Below are positions 1 through 15,122 of a DNA stretch of 64,000 bases, one piece after another. The stretch is from Eledone cirrhosa (Eukaryota). Location of the stretch: the NCBI GenBank assembly GCA_964016885.1, contig OZ024749.1, forward strand, positions 24,366,001 to 24,430,000, in the 5' to 3' direction. Within the stretch, counting starts at the first letter, position 1. Each line of letters opens with the position of its first letter. The position numbers and the translations under genes are program-made. The notes beneath the pieces are model-generated. The model did no database searches. It was not told the origin of the DNA and was given only the letters and a program-made list of their open reading frames with translations.

Positions 1-14
1 TATATATACATGTA

Positions 15-73
<59 letters not shown>

Positions 74-108
74 ATGTATGTGTATGTATATATATATATA
101 TGTATGTG

Positions 109-153
<45 letters not shown>

Positions 154-266
154 GTATATATATATATACATGTATGTGTACATATAGAAATATGTATGTA
201 TGTGTATATATATATATATATTTGTATGTGTATATATATATGTATGTATATATATATATATGTATG

Positions 267-301
<35 letters not shown>

Positions 302-448
302 GTATATATTTATATATATATGTGTGTATATATATATGTATATATGTATGTATATATATATGTATGTGTGTATATATATATATATATGTGTGTATATATA
401 TATGTATATATGTGTATATATATATATATGTGTATATATATATATGTA

Positions 449-490
<42 letters not shown>

Positions 491-666
491 TATATGTGTA
501 TATATATATATGTATATATGTGTGTATATATATATATATATGTATCTATGTATATATATATATGTATGTATGTGTATATATATATATATATGTATGTGTG
601 TATATATATATATGTATGTGTGTATATATATATACGTATGTATGTGTGTATATATATATATGTATG

Positions 667-712
<46 letters not shown>

Positions 713-732
713 TATATATATATATATGTATG

Positions 733-767
<35 letters not shown>

Positions 768-936
768 GTATATATATACATATATATATATATGTATGTA
801 TGTGTGTGTATATATATGTATATATACATATATATGTATCTATGTGTGTGTGTTTATATATATATATGTATGTATGTGTGTGTATACATATATATGTATG
901 TATGTGTGTATATATACATGTATATATGTATGTGTG

Positions 937-967
<31 letters not shown>

Positions 968-1200
968 ATATATATATGTATGTGTGTATATACATATATA
1001 AATGTATGTGTGTATATATATATATATATATGTATGTATGTGTGTGTATATATATGTATGTGGGTGTATATATATATATGTGTGTGTATATATATATGTA
1101 TGTATGTGTGTGTATATATATGTATGTATGTGTGTGTAGATATACGTATGTATGTGGGTGTATATATATATGTATGTGTGTGTATATATATATATATATA
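1..1200. repeat. (TA)n/(TG)n compound microsatellite
   Basis: Direct reading; YIYI/CVCV ORFs are artefacts. Confidence 0.98.
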
Positions 1201-1236
1201 TTTTCCTATATATATATATATAGGAAAATATATTTA

Positions 1237-1415
1237 TAGGAAAATGTTTGACCCCGAGAGCTCAAGCCGTTTCGGCCCCTATTTCTGGTGGTCTCGAAAC
1301 GGCTTCAGCTCTGCCGTCTGGGTCAAAGCATTTCCTATTACCCACTCTACTACGCTAATATTGAGTACTCTGGTGCGTTATGGTCCATCTGGTTCCTCAC
1401 CTCACCTCCTTCGTT
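1237..1415. mobile_element. Family H1 hairpin-plus-tail insert (PLE-type terminal fragment), diverged copy
   Basis: Homologous to 12161-12348 and 49252-49455; imperfect inverted arms aggaaaatgtttgacc/ggtcaaagcatttcct, tail ending ccttcgtt, TA flanks. Confidence 0.75.
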
Positions 1416-3075
1416 ATATATATATATATATATATTTATATGTATTAATAAGTACTCGGATATAACTATATATATATATATATATTCATACATGTGCCTG
1501 TGCTCACATGGATGTATGCGCGCGTTCTTTTCTTTTTTAGACATGTTGCTCACAAACTCTGTCCATTTAGTCCTGAATTTGTTTTTATCCTTCAAAATGT
1601 TGTACTTCTTCACTATCTTTATTTTGTTCTCTTTTCGTAACATATTTTCTACCTTCCTTTGTTTTATGTATTCTAGGTGCGTTAGGTATTTCAGCTTTGT
1701 TGCTTATCACCAAAGTATATTACTTTTGTCTGCATTCGTAGCTTTAGTTAATATATAGTATCGAAAGTACCGTACGTATCAGGTTTTCCCCATTAACTTC
1801 TCTCATATTTAAAGTTTCTAACGACTGAAAAATGATAGCAGAAAAAAATTGTAGTGTACCCATGATAAGCTTATAACTTTATAAATACATAGGACTATAC
1901 ACAACACATTCACTTTGGACGTCCCCCTCAGATAACAATGATCTCACCAAAGCAATATAGCGGACACATTTTAACATGTCCGCCACTCGACTAACAATAA
2001 AGAAACAAAGAAAGAAATTCTGACACTGTAAGCAGATACGCTAGCTACAGTTTCACTTCGGTAAAGATGTATCTCAAAGAAACACTAACCTATGAAATTA
2101 ATAGCCTCTTATGTATCTGGAATACTGTAAAATTGACACACTAGAAAAACTTAAAGAATACCTTCTGATAAACTAAATCACCTATAGCACTTACACACCG
2201 AGGCGTCATATCTTTACGAATAACTTTAGCCAAACATCAACGAGTTTTTATCGGACACAAAACAAGAAACTTTCTAATAGAATCTATTAAACGCAGATAC
2301 ATGTATATCTCTTAAGAACAACTTGCAGCTATTATCAAAAAGGGTAAATTTCAATTGAACATCAATGTTAATAACATAAATTCACCAGTGAACATTAACT
2401 GGCCATAAAAATAGTTTGAGAATGATGTAAAATATCCTGTAGAAAATATTCATCTGTCTAAAGTAAAGATGATATGGTCACGACTTGAAAGCCCTAAATC
2501 CATGTTGACCATAAAAACACTCCTTGATTTCAAATACTTATAATACCAAAACTTAAATGAATATTCTTCCAATATTTGTGACTGCAGTTGCATACACTAA
2601 CAAGGTTTCTTTCCTCGTTTGAAGTATTAACTCAATCCGCTAGGTGGCATTATAATTCAAGATGGCTTTCACTCCACAACGACGTAACTGTTGTGATTTT
2701 GTGGTCACCCTGTATAACTGATATCAAAAACAATAGTTTCCGAACCAGGGAGTATTCACATCCCTTATACATATTATAGACAATTTTTTCTCTCACCATT
2801 TCTCTTCTTTTTCTTTTTTTTCCTTCTTCCCCATCCTCCTCCTTTTCTATTTCCGTCGGTATGTCTGAACTCAGACATACCGTGGGAAATCTTTTTCTTC
2901 ACCAACATAATACTTGGAATTTCGTCGGGGCAGAGTTCTGTCGGAAGGAACCGTCTCCAACTGATCCAACTGGATCCCAAGGCGAAACCAACCGAACTCA
3001 AGGATGTTAACCATTAATTTACTCAGAACAAACCACTGGGTATCCTGCCCTCTCTCATCCTAATATATGCCAACG

Positions 3076-3286
3076 TAGGACACATTTAGGTAATATTAGT
3101 TGCAGCTCAGTGTGTCTAACAGAAAGGTAAGGCAGTCTTATTTCCTGGGGAACTGCCGCTGGGTCACCTGTCTTCGCTCGCTATCCCTCCTAACATAAGC
3201 TACCATTATATAAATGTAGGATGTATTTAGGTAATATTATTTGCAGCTCACTGTCTCTAAATGAAATGTGAGGTAGTCATCTTATT
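3076..3286. repeat. Degenerate direct repeat (~65-bp core, ~141-bp spacing)
   Basis: gtagga...tttaggtaatatta.ttgcagctca.tgt.tctaa occurs twice. Confidence 0.6.
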
Positions 3287-4407
3287 ATAGATCTTCCCGA
3301 TCATACACTGTCCAATCGAAACAAACATAACAACATAACTACGGCAACTACAATAACAGCAACATACTATATTGATATATTAGTTTCAATGAGTTTGATA
3401 AACAAAAAGCAAGATAGATTTTCATTTTATATTTGTAGATAAATTTAAGTCGACACAAGTAAAGATATCATAAATTTAAAATGAAACCAAGTGCAAAAGT
3501 AATTCAGATAAAGAGAAAAGTAGTATCAGTTATAATGGTGGCTATTTTATTGTATCTCCTCTGCTTTATCATACGAAATAACAGCGGGAGATAATCACTA
3601 AAGAAATTACTCATTAATAGTTAAAGTGAAAATAGAAACTAACGCTGGCGGCAACATATAAACCTATACTGCACACTACCGTGAACGACAATTAGCTCTG
3701 TTGCTGAGGGAGACTTCTTCTCTATTTTATCAATAATACACTAGGTAGAGTCATTAATTTAAAACAATCTATTTTTTTCTATCTCATCTACCAGACATAC
3801 GGTCACTTTACGTCCATAATAGAGAAAATCGATAGCCACTTTAAGATTGTATAATCTAAGAGAAAACACGTGGCTAGATTGAGTAAATGTAAATAATAGG
3901 AAAATAATTAAATGTACATTATTTTTATTTTATTTTCCCCTTCAAATACACAAATTGAAATTATATTGATTCTGATTAGTATTTAGATCCATGAAGTAAA
4001 GTTAAGATGGCGCATTTTAAACAGGTTCGATAGAATATGTTGTAACTTTCGTTCTATTTGTATGTTCGGAAACTTCGAATCAAAAAAGGACGGAAATCAA
4101 TGTTATTAAATATGTAGAAAAACGGTTACAAGTTCGGATATTTTCGATGATTCTCAGAGCATCGCATGTTGATATTTTTAGTATAGATTCCGGATATTTG
4201 CTAACTGAGGTGAAACCACACCTAACTCCCGATGGTCTAACCTATGTATAATCCGCAGGCGGTCAGATTGGGCAGTAAGGATTAAAGAGATGGTAGTTGC
4301 ATCGAATTCTGGCATAAGAAACGTCTCGGTTGATGAACATAAAATGTTCAAAATAAAACTATTTAACTGTTTCTTAAAACTCTCTAATTCCCAGGCCTCA
4401 AATATCG

Positions 4408-4489
<82 letters not shown>

Positions 4490-4604
4490 GTATAGTAGAA
4501 AAGATATCACAGAAATAGTTTTATTTTTTTCATTTTCCTTTGACGTATCTTTGCTGGTTATTCTATCATTCTCTCTCTCTCTCTCTCTATATTTTTTTTT
4601 TATT

Positions 4605-4681
<77 letters not shown>

Positions 4682-4686
4682 TAAAT

Positions 4687-4744
<58 letters not shown>

Positions 4745-4815
4745 TTCGTTTCTGAATTTGTTTAGCAAGATTCTTTATCTTTTATTGGCAACATGACCCT
4801 CCCAAAGTATAACAA
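4745..4815. mobile_element. Minimal family P1 PLE insertion made only of the two termini, head-to-head
   Basis: cgtttctgaatttgtttagcaagattctttatct matches 14910-14943; ttattggcaacatgaccctcccaaagtataacaat matches 21269-21303; (TA)n on both sides. Confidence 0.85.
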
Positions 4816-4902
4816 TATGTATACATACATATATATATATATATAAATATACATGCATATATGTATATATATTTAAATATACATGTATATATATATATAA
4901 AT

Positions 4903-4941
<39 letters not shown>

Positions 4942-4963
4942 CATACATATATATATATATAAG

Positions 4964-5008
<45 letters not shown>

Positions 5009-5122
5009 AGGTGTATATATATATGTACATATATATAAGGTGTGTGTATATATATATATAAGGTGTGTGTGTGTATATATATATATATATAAGGTGTGCA
5101 TATATATATATATATATATAAG

Positions 5123-5175
<53 letters not shown>

Positions 5176-5196
5176 GTGTGTATATATATATATAAG

Positions 5197-5255
<59 letters not shown>

Positions 5256-5415
5256 GTGTGTGTGTATATATAAATATGTATATATATGTATATATATGTA
5301 TATATATGGAGACGCAGCCATCATTGTTAAGTTGAACTCCGTTCACGTTAGAGTGTTCGATATAAAGCACCGATTAGTTTCTGGATCGATGAATAATACT
5401 AAAAACAGTACCTAA

Positions 5416-5423
5416 CAACAATG

Positions 5424-5460
<37 letters not shown>

Positions 5461-5527
5461 CAATAATAATTCTCGTAATAATAAGAATAATGACGATGGT
5501 GATGATGATGCTGATGATGATGACGAT
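5416..5527. repeat. (AAT)n/(GAT)n microsatellite
   Basis: Direct reading. Confidence 0.9.
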
Positions 5528-5837
5528 TTCTGTAAAAAAATAATTATCATTGATAAAAGGAAGAAATATATGCTTGTGTAAATGGTTTTATTCAATACCA
5601 ACTGTGATCTTTCAGTATACAAGTCACGAAGATATCGTAGAAAACAAGTCCAATATATATTCCTTGTATGAAACTTAAAGATCATTGATGAATGCAGTTG
5701 GCTGGCTGAGACATTTTTTTTATATATAAACGAAATGACTAGTCTTTGCTAAGAATTACTCAAGCGAACTTTCATATTTCTATAAAAGGTTAGTATCAAG
5801 CCCTGATAGAACATAGAATTTATTTCGAAGAAATAAA

Positions 5838-5979
5838 TATATGTATTTATGTATGTATAATTATGTATGTATGTATAAGTATCTATGTATGTATGTATAA
5901 GTATCTATGTATGCATATTTATGTATGTATGTATATATATATATGTGTGTGTGTGTGTGTTTGTATGTATGCATATATG

Positions 5980-6025
<46 letters not shown>

Positions 6026-6436
6026 GTTGTATGTGTGCATATATGTATGTATCATAAATATATGTATATATATATATGTATATATATGTATATATATGTA
6101 TTTATATGTATATATATATATGTATTTATATGTAAATATATATATGTATTTATATGTATATATATATATATGTATTTATATGTATATATATATATGTATT
6201 TATATGTATATATATATTTGTATTTATATGTATATATATATTTGTATTTATATGTATATATATATTTGTATTTGTATTTATATGTATATATATATATATG
6301 TATTTATATGTATATATATATATATGTATTTATATATATATCTTTATATATATGTATTTATACGTATATATGTATTTATATGTATATATATATATATATG
6401 TATTTATATGTATATATATATGTATATGTATATATG
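5838..6436. repeat. (TA)n-derived compound microsatellite
   Basis: Direct reading. Confidence 0.95.
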
Positions 6437-6720
6437 AATAGGCGAAATCTTTGCCAAAAACGAAGATAGTTATAGCGTGAAAAATGTGTTATTTTCTCAT
6501 AGTGTGAATGACACATAGCGAATATATGTATATCGTATGCACAGTAATGAAGGTGGGTGCATTTACTGTATATAACAGTAGTGGAATCATAATTATGACG
6601 GCATATATAATGTAATATATGGTTGTAAAAATGATGTCATCGCAGTGAATCGTATAAAGTACTGTCATAGATATATTCATATATACAATATGTGTGAAAA
6701 ATTGCGCACACCCTATATAT

Positions 6721-6782
<62 letters not shown>

Positions 6783-6784
<2 letters not shown>

Positions 6785-7104
6785 GGGGTAACAAATAATA
6801 GTTATATCCAGTCCCCTTAGGTGTAGTCCAGTTATGGTATTCCGGGTAGTGGATGATATCAACGCTAGGCTTGGTTTGACTCAACAAGGCGTATTCACAG
6901 TGATGTTGCGAGTATGCTGTAATTCCTATGCTGTAAACACTTGGAGTAATAATAAATCAGGAAAGAAGATTGACATGGTCTGCAATACAAAAAACGTTTT
7001 TAATCTCATTGCTGACAATTGTAAGATTAAAAACCTTTTTTGACAATTGTGAGATTAAAAACCTTTTTGTATTGCAAACCATGTCAATCTTCTTTCCTGA
7101 TTTA
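6783..7104. mobile_element. Asymmetric hairpin-plus-tail insert
   Basis: Inverted arms ~6953-7007 / ~7050-7104 (taaatcaggaaagaagattgacatgg / ccatgtcaatcttctttcctgattta), ~170-bp unpaired tail abutting (TA)n. Confidence 0.6.
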
Positions 7105-7276
7105 AATATATTTCAGTAGAAAAGGTAATCGAAAGAAGAGGACTCAATGTATAAGACAGACCTATTTAATTACATAATAAACATCTCAATATAATTATTT
7201 CTGTTAACATCGTCTAGTTTCCTGAAACATTTGGTAACGGAATAATTGTATTTTGTTGTTTATTATGTAACTAAAT

Positions 7277-7313
7277 AAACACACACACAGACACACACAC
7301 AGACACACACACA

Positions 7314-7404
<91 letters not shown>
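7277..7404. repeat. (CA)n microsatellite
   Basis: Direct reading. Confidence 0.98.
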
Positions 7405-7409
<5 letters not shown>

Positions 7410-7733
7410 TATTGAACTAGTAGAAGGTTACTCTGATATAAAACCTTCGCCTTCCTTTGCACCCAAAAATGTAGACCGGTTATTTTGGGGGAAAATGTAT
7501 TCCGTGTTCAGAGAGTGGGATTGGCCCGTTGCAAAGCCTTCCCTCACTTAAAACCTTTTCAAGCGCAGTCATTGCTTGATAAGTGCCATTCCTTGCGATA
7601 CATGGTATTACTAGCCATAGGCAAGTCACTAGCTGGACTAAAAAACCACGTCCGTGATGTTCATGCTTACGTATCGACCGATAGCATTACTCGAAATCAA
7701 GTTGCAGGCCTCTATTTTATATATATATATATA

Positions 7734-8235
7734 ACAACAAATTATAAAATAAGAAGTAGTAATAGTCACAGATATATACCTATTGTTTTTTCAAAGTCCC
7801 GAGTGTACAGTTTCGCTTGTCAGTTTGCAACAATTTTACCATATAGATATGCAAAATCTTTGTGAGACACACCAGTTTTTCAAGGAACTCCTCAGGGGGA
7901 ACACGCTTTCCAGACACGTTGGCAGCAAGTGAGAAAATCTGAAAGGCGGAGGGAGAAATTACCACGTGATGCACCGGTCAAGAAAGATGATTGAAGGTAT
8001 AATACTAGTAAAAACAAAAGGTTAGAGGAGAAAGATTTATTTAGAGTCCGTTCTTTAACATAGGTTTCAGTACAATACCAACCTATGCGCACTGATTGCA
8101 TATTATTATACTCAATCGCATGCACCCCAGAAAGTAAGGATGCATGCATGGCCCCATAAATCCTGTGGAACTCGTAAAGGCACTGTATTGACATACGACG
8201 TTTCTAGGTTATTTTTGTACCTGGCAGAGCCAGGA
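7734..8235 (-). mobile_element. Diverged relative of the 591-bp retrozyme-like unit
   Basis: gtgagaaaatctgaaaggcggagggagaaattaccacgtgatgcaccggtcaagaaa aligns with 39098-39156; carries a homologous HHR; TA flanks. Confidence 0.65.
7795..7889 (-). ncRNA. Degenerate type I hammerhead, U3-A8 core
   Basis: Minus strand: agttcc-TTGAAAA-...-GAAAC-tgtaca-CTC-gggact; stem I pairs, stems II and III carry mismatches. Confidence 0.55.
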
Positions 8236-8243
8236 TATATATA

Positions 8244-8318
<75 letters not shown>

Positions 8319-9193
8319 TGTGTGTGAGTGTGTTTGTGTCTTTGTGCCTGTGTTTGTGTGTCTTTGTGCCTGTGTCTCTGTGTCTGTGTGTCATTGTGCA
8401 TGTGTGTGTGTGTCTTTGTGCCTGTGTGTGTACGTGTCTGTTTGTCTGTGTGCCTCTGTGTATGTACGTATTCCAAACTCGCTTACGTACAATGGTTTTT
8501 ACTTCGCATAACAGCTTGACGCTTGTAAATATATTATTTATATGATACTTATAAGACTTAAGAAGAAGTTATACACCGAAAAATTCAAGCACGAATCGAC
8601 ACTGAAAAGAAACTGCTCTCAAACACACCGATTATATCTTATAAATAGATACATTCACTTACATATGCTAATGCATGCAGACATGATCCCCTAACTCTTG
8701 ATGTATTCGTACCTGCCACACTTTGGCAAACGACTTATCTAGCTCATTTATAAACATCACGAATGTTTCAATATAGCAGATTTCTTCTAGAGAAGAATAG
8801 TGAGTTAGAGAATGACAGTGAAAGAGATATATACAGGAAATCGCGGCCCGAGTAATGATAGTCTTATCAACTGTGAATGGATGGAGGAACGGCAAACTTG
8901 ACATCAGTGGAGTTTAAACTCAGAGCAGAGCGCTGATATGAATGCCGTAAATCATTATATAGGAGTGAGTGAGAGAGAGAGAGAGAGTAGTTGATAGATA
9001 CATAGGTAGATATATGTATAGATAGATAGACAGACATAGAAAGATGTAGACAGAAAGATAGATAGGCAGATAGATAGATAACTTTCTTTTTATTTGCCAC
9101 CAGGGCATCAAAAAGTGGGACAAGTACAATGGGGGAGTTTACATAACAAGGCGTCCTCAATAAGGAGGAGGCAATAACAATGTATAAAAATAA

Positions 9194-9197
<4 letters not shown>

Positions 9198-9257
<60 letters not shown>

Positions 9258-9297
9258 GCAGACAGATATATAGAATAGATAGATAGATAGATAGATA
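9198..9297. repeat. (GATA)n microsatellite
   Basis: Direct reading. Confidence 0.95.
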
Positions 9298-9776
9298 TGC
9301 TAATAGTATAAATTAAATATATTTCATTAGTGCCATGATTTAATTAATATTTTCTTTCAGGTATATTGGGGAAATGTTGGAGAAAAATAACACGGATAAT
9401 TAATGAAATTAGTCTTTAATACACAATATCGATTCTTGTATGATAATGGAATATATTATCTCATTGAAATCCACTCTGCTATGTCAGATAATATATCATC
9501 ACTCTTTTCAGCTATCATATATGTTATTAAACATTAAATCCATGATATGATTGGTAATATGGCAACTGGTTTAGAGGTAGGCATAAGATAGATGGATGGA
9601 TCGAAGGTTAGATGGTCCTGTAGCTCCTGGTGGAGACGTAGTGTGCACCTTAATAACATACGGTATATCTGGGGACTTTTTAACACCTGGTGAGTACAGC
9701 ATATTTATTCAAGAGAAGGATAGATAGAGAGAGTGAGAGAAAAGAAATGATAAAGAGATATAGAGGTGGTATCACA

Positions 9777-9930
9777 CCCCAGTACTTGACTGGTACTTAT
9801 TTTATCAACCGCAAAAGGATGAAAGGAAAAGCTGACCTCGGCGGGATTGAAACTCAGAGATCAGAGAGACGGAATGAATACTACAAAACATTCTATCCAA
9901 CGCTCTAACGACTCTGACAGTTCGCCGCCT
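9777..9930 (-). mobile_element. tRNA-derived SINE (Meta-domain/octopus OR-like)
   Basis: Minus strand B-box-like gagtttcaatccc followed by ctttcatccttttgcggttgataaaataagtacc; homologous to 46590-46773. Confidence 0.7.
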
Positions 9931-10655
9931 ATATGCGTATGATACATACATACAAATGAATGCGAAGACACATGCGCGTAGATACTCATGTTCATACACA
10001 CGCACATATAGACATATGTGTGAATGTACACGTTGATAGATCTACGCATGCGTGGAGGTTTAATTTCTGACACCATGCGGGTTCAATGAAGAAAGAACAC
10101 AATTCGGGTATATATAAATCATGTTTTCTCATACCTTACGGAATATATCCTATGAAAAGAAAACTATTATGTTAAGGATGGCCATAACAATATAGTAAAG
10201 GGCTATCTGTTATTCTTTGGATTTTGAAGCTGCAGTAAGGATAATATTTTATCCATAGGGAATGATGCTTCTGCAGAATTCTAAACGTCAGTCATATTGT
10301 ATAAGATGTTCTATATGTTTTTGCTTCTCTGAATATTATTTAGCGATCAATTTCATAGAGATGTTACGTATATTCTGATATTCTGACAAATTTACTTATG
10401 TACAAGACACACACACACACATATATACATGTGTGTGTGTGTGTATGGGGGGGGGGGGGGCGTATAGCCACTCTCGAAGTTGTAGACTTAATACGAACGT
10501 GTGTTGTTATCTCCCCAAATGATTTTTACATTTTCCCTATTCCTTCCTCTTATCACTTATTTTCTTTCTATTTATAATTTATTTCTATCTCTATCTACTG
10601 ATAAAGGTCTAGTGTCCGGAACGTTAAGACCCTATTCCTGCTATTTCAAACGTTA

Positions 10656-10701
<46 letters not shown>

Positions 10702-11256
10702 TATACATAGCTATAACCCGAAAAGAAGAAAAGATCAACATCATGGATATCTACTAAGCCGCAGGTTTTATGTTGGAGTTATCCCTGATTCCTGAGTGCC
10801 TTCTCCTAGAAGAATGCCCTGACAAAGGCTAGGGGTCCTTCACTCACAGTGGTTTAACCACACGATCGGGTATCCAGCCCGATTATTTCTGTGTCTCCGC
10901 ACAGATAAACACGCATGCATATATGTATATATCTATACACATATATATATATACACATACACATGCATACATGTATATGCATATTTACACATCTTTGGGT
11001 GGCCGTTAACTCTTATGACTCTTCCGCACTTTGTCAGATTTTGTTTTCTGTCCTACAGGGTGTCCAAATTCATCATCCTCACCAAGTATACTTGGTCGGG
11101 TTTCCGGTACAGTCACATACGACCCGACCATGCGACAGGTTCTAATGGGTTACATGTTACCAATAGAACTCGAGGTTAACCCGACATACATACATACATA
11201 CTTATTTATATACGTACTTATATACATATACAAAACATACTAACAACCAAATACAT

Positions 11257-11483
11257 TTAACCCTTTCGCATTTACATTACTCTATATATACTATTGTATT
11301 GTTACGGTAAAGGCATTTTCTTACACAATTATCTTACATAAAATCGAATCTGAGATTTTGATATTAATTATTTTGAGACCAATACCTTAACATTAGTATG
11401 AGTGGTCAGTTACAGCTTGTTTGAACAGAAAGAGGTAAGAGAATTCTGGCCGGATACGTCCGGTTTAAATGCTAAAGGGTTAA
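11257..11483. mobile_element. piggyBac-type MITE
   Basis: TTAA-CCCTTTCGCATTTA ... TAAATGCTAAAGGG-TTAA: 14-bp TIR with 1 mismatch, CCC/GGG ends, TTAA target duplication. Confidence 0.8.
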
Positions 11484-11811
11484 TGGAACTGCAAACACAT
11501 ATAACAAATACATATACACTTATAGAATCAGAAACATATAGATGTGTATAGGTACTATTCAAAATATACAGATCGATAAAAGAAACATTTCTGCTTGCAC
11601 ACAAATACACACACATACACACAAAGCTGATTCTGATTTCCTTACGCATTTACCTACTTCATGTCTGAATTTTGATGTGAGATTTGTTGCTTTGTTAGTT
11701 AATGTCCCTCCTTCTATTGGTGAATATTTATGGAATGATAAAAAACAAAGGTTCATGTTTGCATACATACGTTTATACACAAATAAATATATATATATAT
11801 ATATGTAAATA

Positions 11812-11874
<63 letters not shown>

Positions 11875-11893
11875 ATATATATATATATATATT

Positions 11894-11960
<67 letters not shown>

Positions 11961-11981
11961 ATATATATATATATGTATATA

Positions 11982-12135
<154 letters not shown>

Positions 12136-12160
12136 CACAAATATATATATATATATATAT

Positions 12161-12493
<333 letters not shown>

Positions 12494-12497
12494 CAAA

Positions 12498-12528
<31 letters not shown>

Positions 12529-12530
12529 AT

Positions 12531-12568
<38 letters not shown>

Positions 12569-12587
12569 ATATATATAAAATATATAT

Positions 12588-12647
12588 GGTCCAGAATTAG
12601 CCGTCGAAACGGTTTGAGCTCAGCCGTCGGGGTCTTACTGGTTCCTA
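12588..12647 (+). mobile_element. Family H1 single arm (short terminus only)
   Basis: gtccagaattagccgtcgaaacgg...ggttcctat matches 49398-49456. Confidence 0.8.
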
Positions 12648-12670
12648 TATATATGTATATATATATGCAA

Positions 12671-12703
<33 letters not shown>

Positions 12704-12765
12704 CAAAGTATATATATATTATATATATGTTATATATATATTATATATATGTATATATATATATA

Positions 12766-12796
<31 letters not shown>

Positions 12797-13004
12797 TATT
12801 ATATATATGTATATATATATATATTATATATATGTATATATATATATATGTTATATATATGTATATATTTATATATATTATATATATGTATATATATATA
12901 TATTATATATATGTATATATATATATATATATTATATATATATATATGTTATATATATATATTATATATATATACATATATATATACATATATATATATA
13001 TATA

Positions 13005-13122
13005 TGTAAAAGTTCTATTTAAATTGTTGGGATACAAGAAGCAAATATTTTTATAACTGATATAAAGCACTCAACAAATAATTGGAGTATAAATACGATA
13101 TTAACAAATGAATAATATCGTA
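13005..13122. mobile_element. Family N2 minimal insert (tailed end plus tiny inverted short end)
   Basis: Reverse complement of 48595-48698, closed by tacgatat...atatcgta. Confidence 0.65.
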
Positions 13123-13139
13123 TTATATATATATATATG

Positions 13140-14033
13140 TAAATTAATAAAATAATGAATAAACAGTTAAAAAATCATCATTTTACGATCGTTTCTAGGA
13201 TGTGTTAGAGTTGGTATGCATATTCTATAGATCTATGTACAATATTTATACAAACTATCAGAGGGAATATACATACCTACACATATATATGCTGTCTTCA
13301 GAAATAATGATATTTGTTTATTGAAAAAAAGAAAGATTCAATACAATAGGTCTGTTTGGGAACAGGTTTGGAATTGACCAATAGAGAGATAGTGAGGGTC
13401 AAGATAGTAATATAGTAGTAGAAGAACTTTAAATTATGTGTAGAGGAGGGTAGATTTCAGTTTTGGATGGAAAAGAATATTATGAATGAAGGATTATTTT
13501 AGGGAAGAAATAGGTCTTATGCTGACCTCAGAAATAATTTAATTTGTTCATTGAATAAAACCAACAAAGAACTAATATATTCTGTCTGTTTGGTACGAGG
13601 CTTAGAATTAACAAATAGAAAGTTAATAATTGGCCAAATGGTAAAATAGTAGTAATTGAAGCTTATTTTATGGGTGAAAATAGGTCAGGTGGTCAGTAAA
13701 AGGTATACAAGCAGTTGCTGTTATAAAATAGTAATGCCAATACAAATATCTAAGGTGTCTAAATTTTTACGATAAGAATGTTAGTGAAAAAAATACATCT
13801 ATGAAAAGAATATAAATTCATTTAATTGAGGGGAATATTTATATTGATAAATTTATACTAATACATCTAGATATGATAAATAAGAGTTAGATGCAGTTGA
13901 AAAGTGCTGTTAAAGATGAGGGGAAATTAAAAGAATATAAAAATAATATTAAATCAATTTATATTCTTTTCATAGATGTATATATACACATACACACACA
14001 CATATACACACACATATAACTATATATATTTAT

Positions 14034-14069
<36 letters not shown>

Positions 14070-14241
14070 ACACATGCACATATACATACATACATATATA
14101 TATATACACACATACACACTTACATATACATATAATTATTGGGGGGGGGGAATTAAATTTATTAGTGAGAAATAATAAATATATATAGTTTTCAAGGAAC
14201 ATAGAGTCATAACCTGAAGTTAAAGCATTATATATGTTTAC
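13140..14241 (-). mobile_element. Family N1 PLE pseudo-LTR/3' UTR fragment
   Basis: Closely similar to 24256-25089 and 25815-25926; contains an HHR at 13175-13310. Confidence 0.85.
13175..13310 (-). ncRNA. Type I hammerhead (family N1)
   Basis: tcattattt-CTGAAGA-long stem II-GAAAC-gatc-GTA-aaatgatga. Confidence 0.75.
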
Positions 14242-14649
14242 ATATTGGTGGGAAGGGTCAAGGCGAAGTACTGGCCAGTAGTGTATATGGGGGTGGGTGT
14301 GATGGTGAGATGTTGGTGACGATCGGTGGATAAGATGGGCTGTGGTGTAGTGGTGGTTGATTTTCCTTGGCGTGTAGAGTATGTGGGTGTGTGGGTTATG
14401 ATATGGTGGTGGTTATGGTTGCTTAGTGGGATGGGCTGACATTATCACATAGCATGTATTTCATATTCTTATAGCATTTTAAGAAGGACCGTCGAGCTGC
14501 GGATTATTGAGTCGGGTAGGATCGATAGAGATCGAACCTTGAGCTGATCAGTGGCGAAAAGCGCGTTACCTATCAATAAATGTAATGAAGGAATAATCAA
14601 TCGTCCTTTTTATCCTTTCTATATATATATATATATGTATATATGTGTA

Positions 14650-14741
<92 letters not shown>

Positions 14742-14777
14742 GTATTTCTATATATATATTGATATGTATTTATATAT

Positions 14778-14911
<134 letters not shown>

Positions 14912-15122
14912 TTTCTGAATTTGTTTAGCAAGATTCTTTATCTGAAATCGTGTGTTGAAACCGATATTGTTATACTTTGGGAGGGTCATGTTGCCAATAA
15001 GAAACACACGCACCAGTTGCTTTCACTTCAATTTAATTTAATATATATTTATAAATTTACAAATTTATAAATTTCTGGTTGGTTGGTTGGTTCCACAACC
15101 AGATAGTTGTTTATATATATAT

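Noticed and set aside
18-1465. Long YIYI/CVCV ORFs here and throughout the window
   Set aside because: Stop-free translations of dinucleotide microsatellites
2857-2882. 11-bp hairpin cggtatgtctg-aact-cagacataccg
   Set aside because: Isolated, no family context or function supportable
10590-10632. Hammerhead-like ctgataa-aggtc..gtcc-ggaacgtta
   Set aside because: Both core halves mutated; at most a dead PLE pLTR remnant
14540-14582. ctgatcagtggcgaaaagcgcgtta..aataaa hammerhead-like
   Set aside because: Core and stems incomplete
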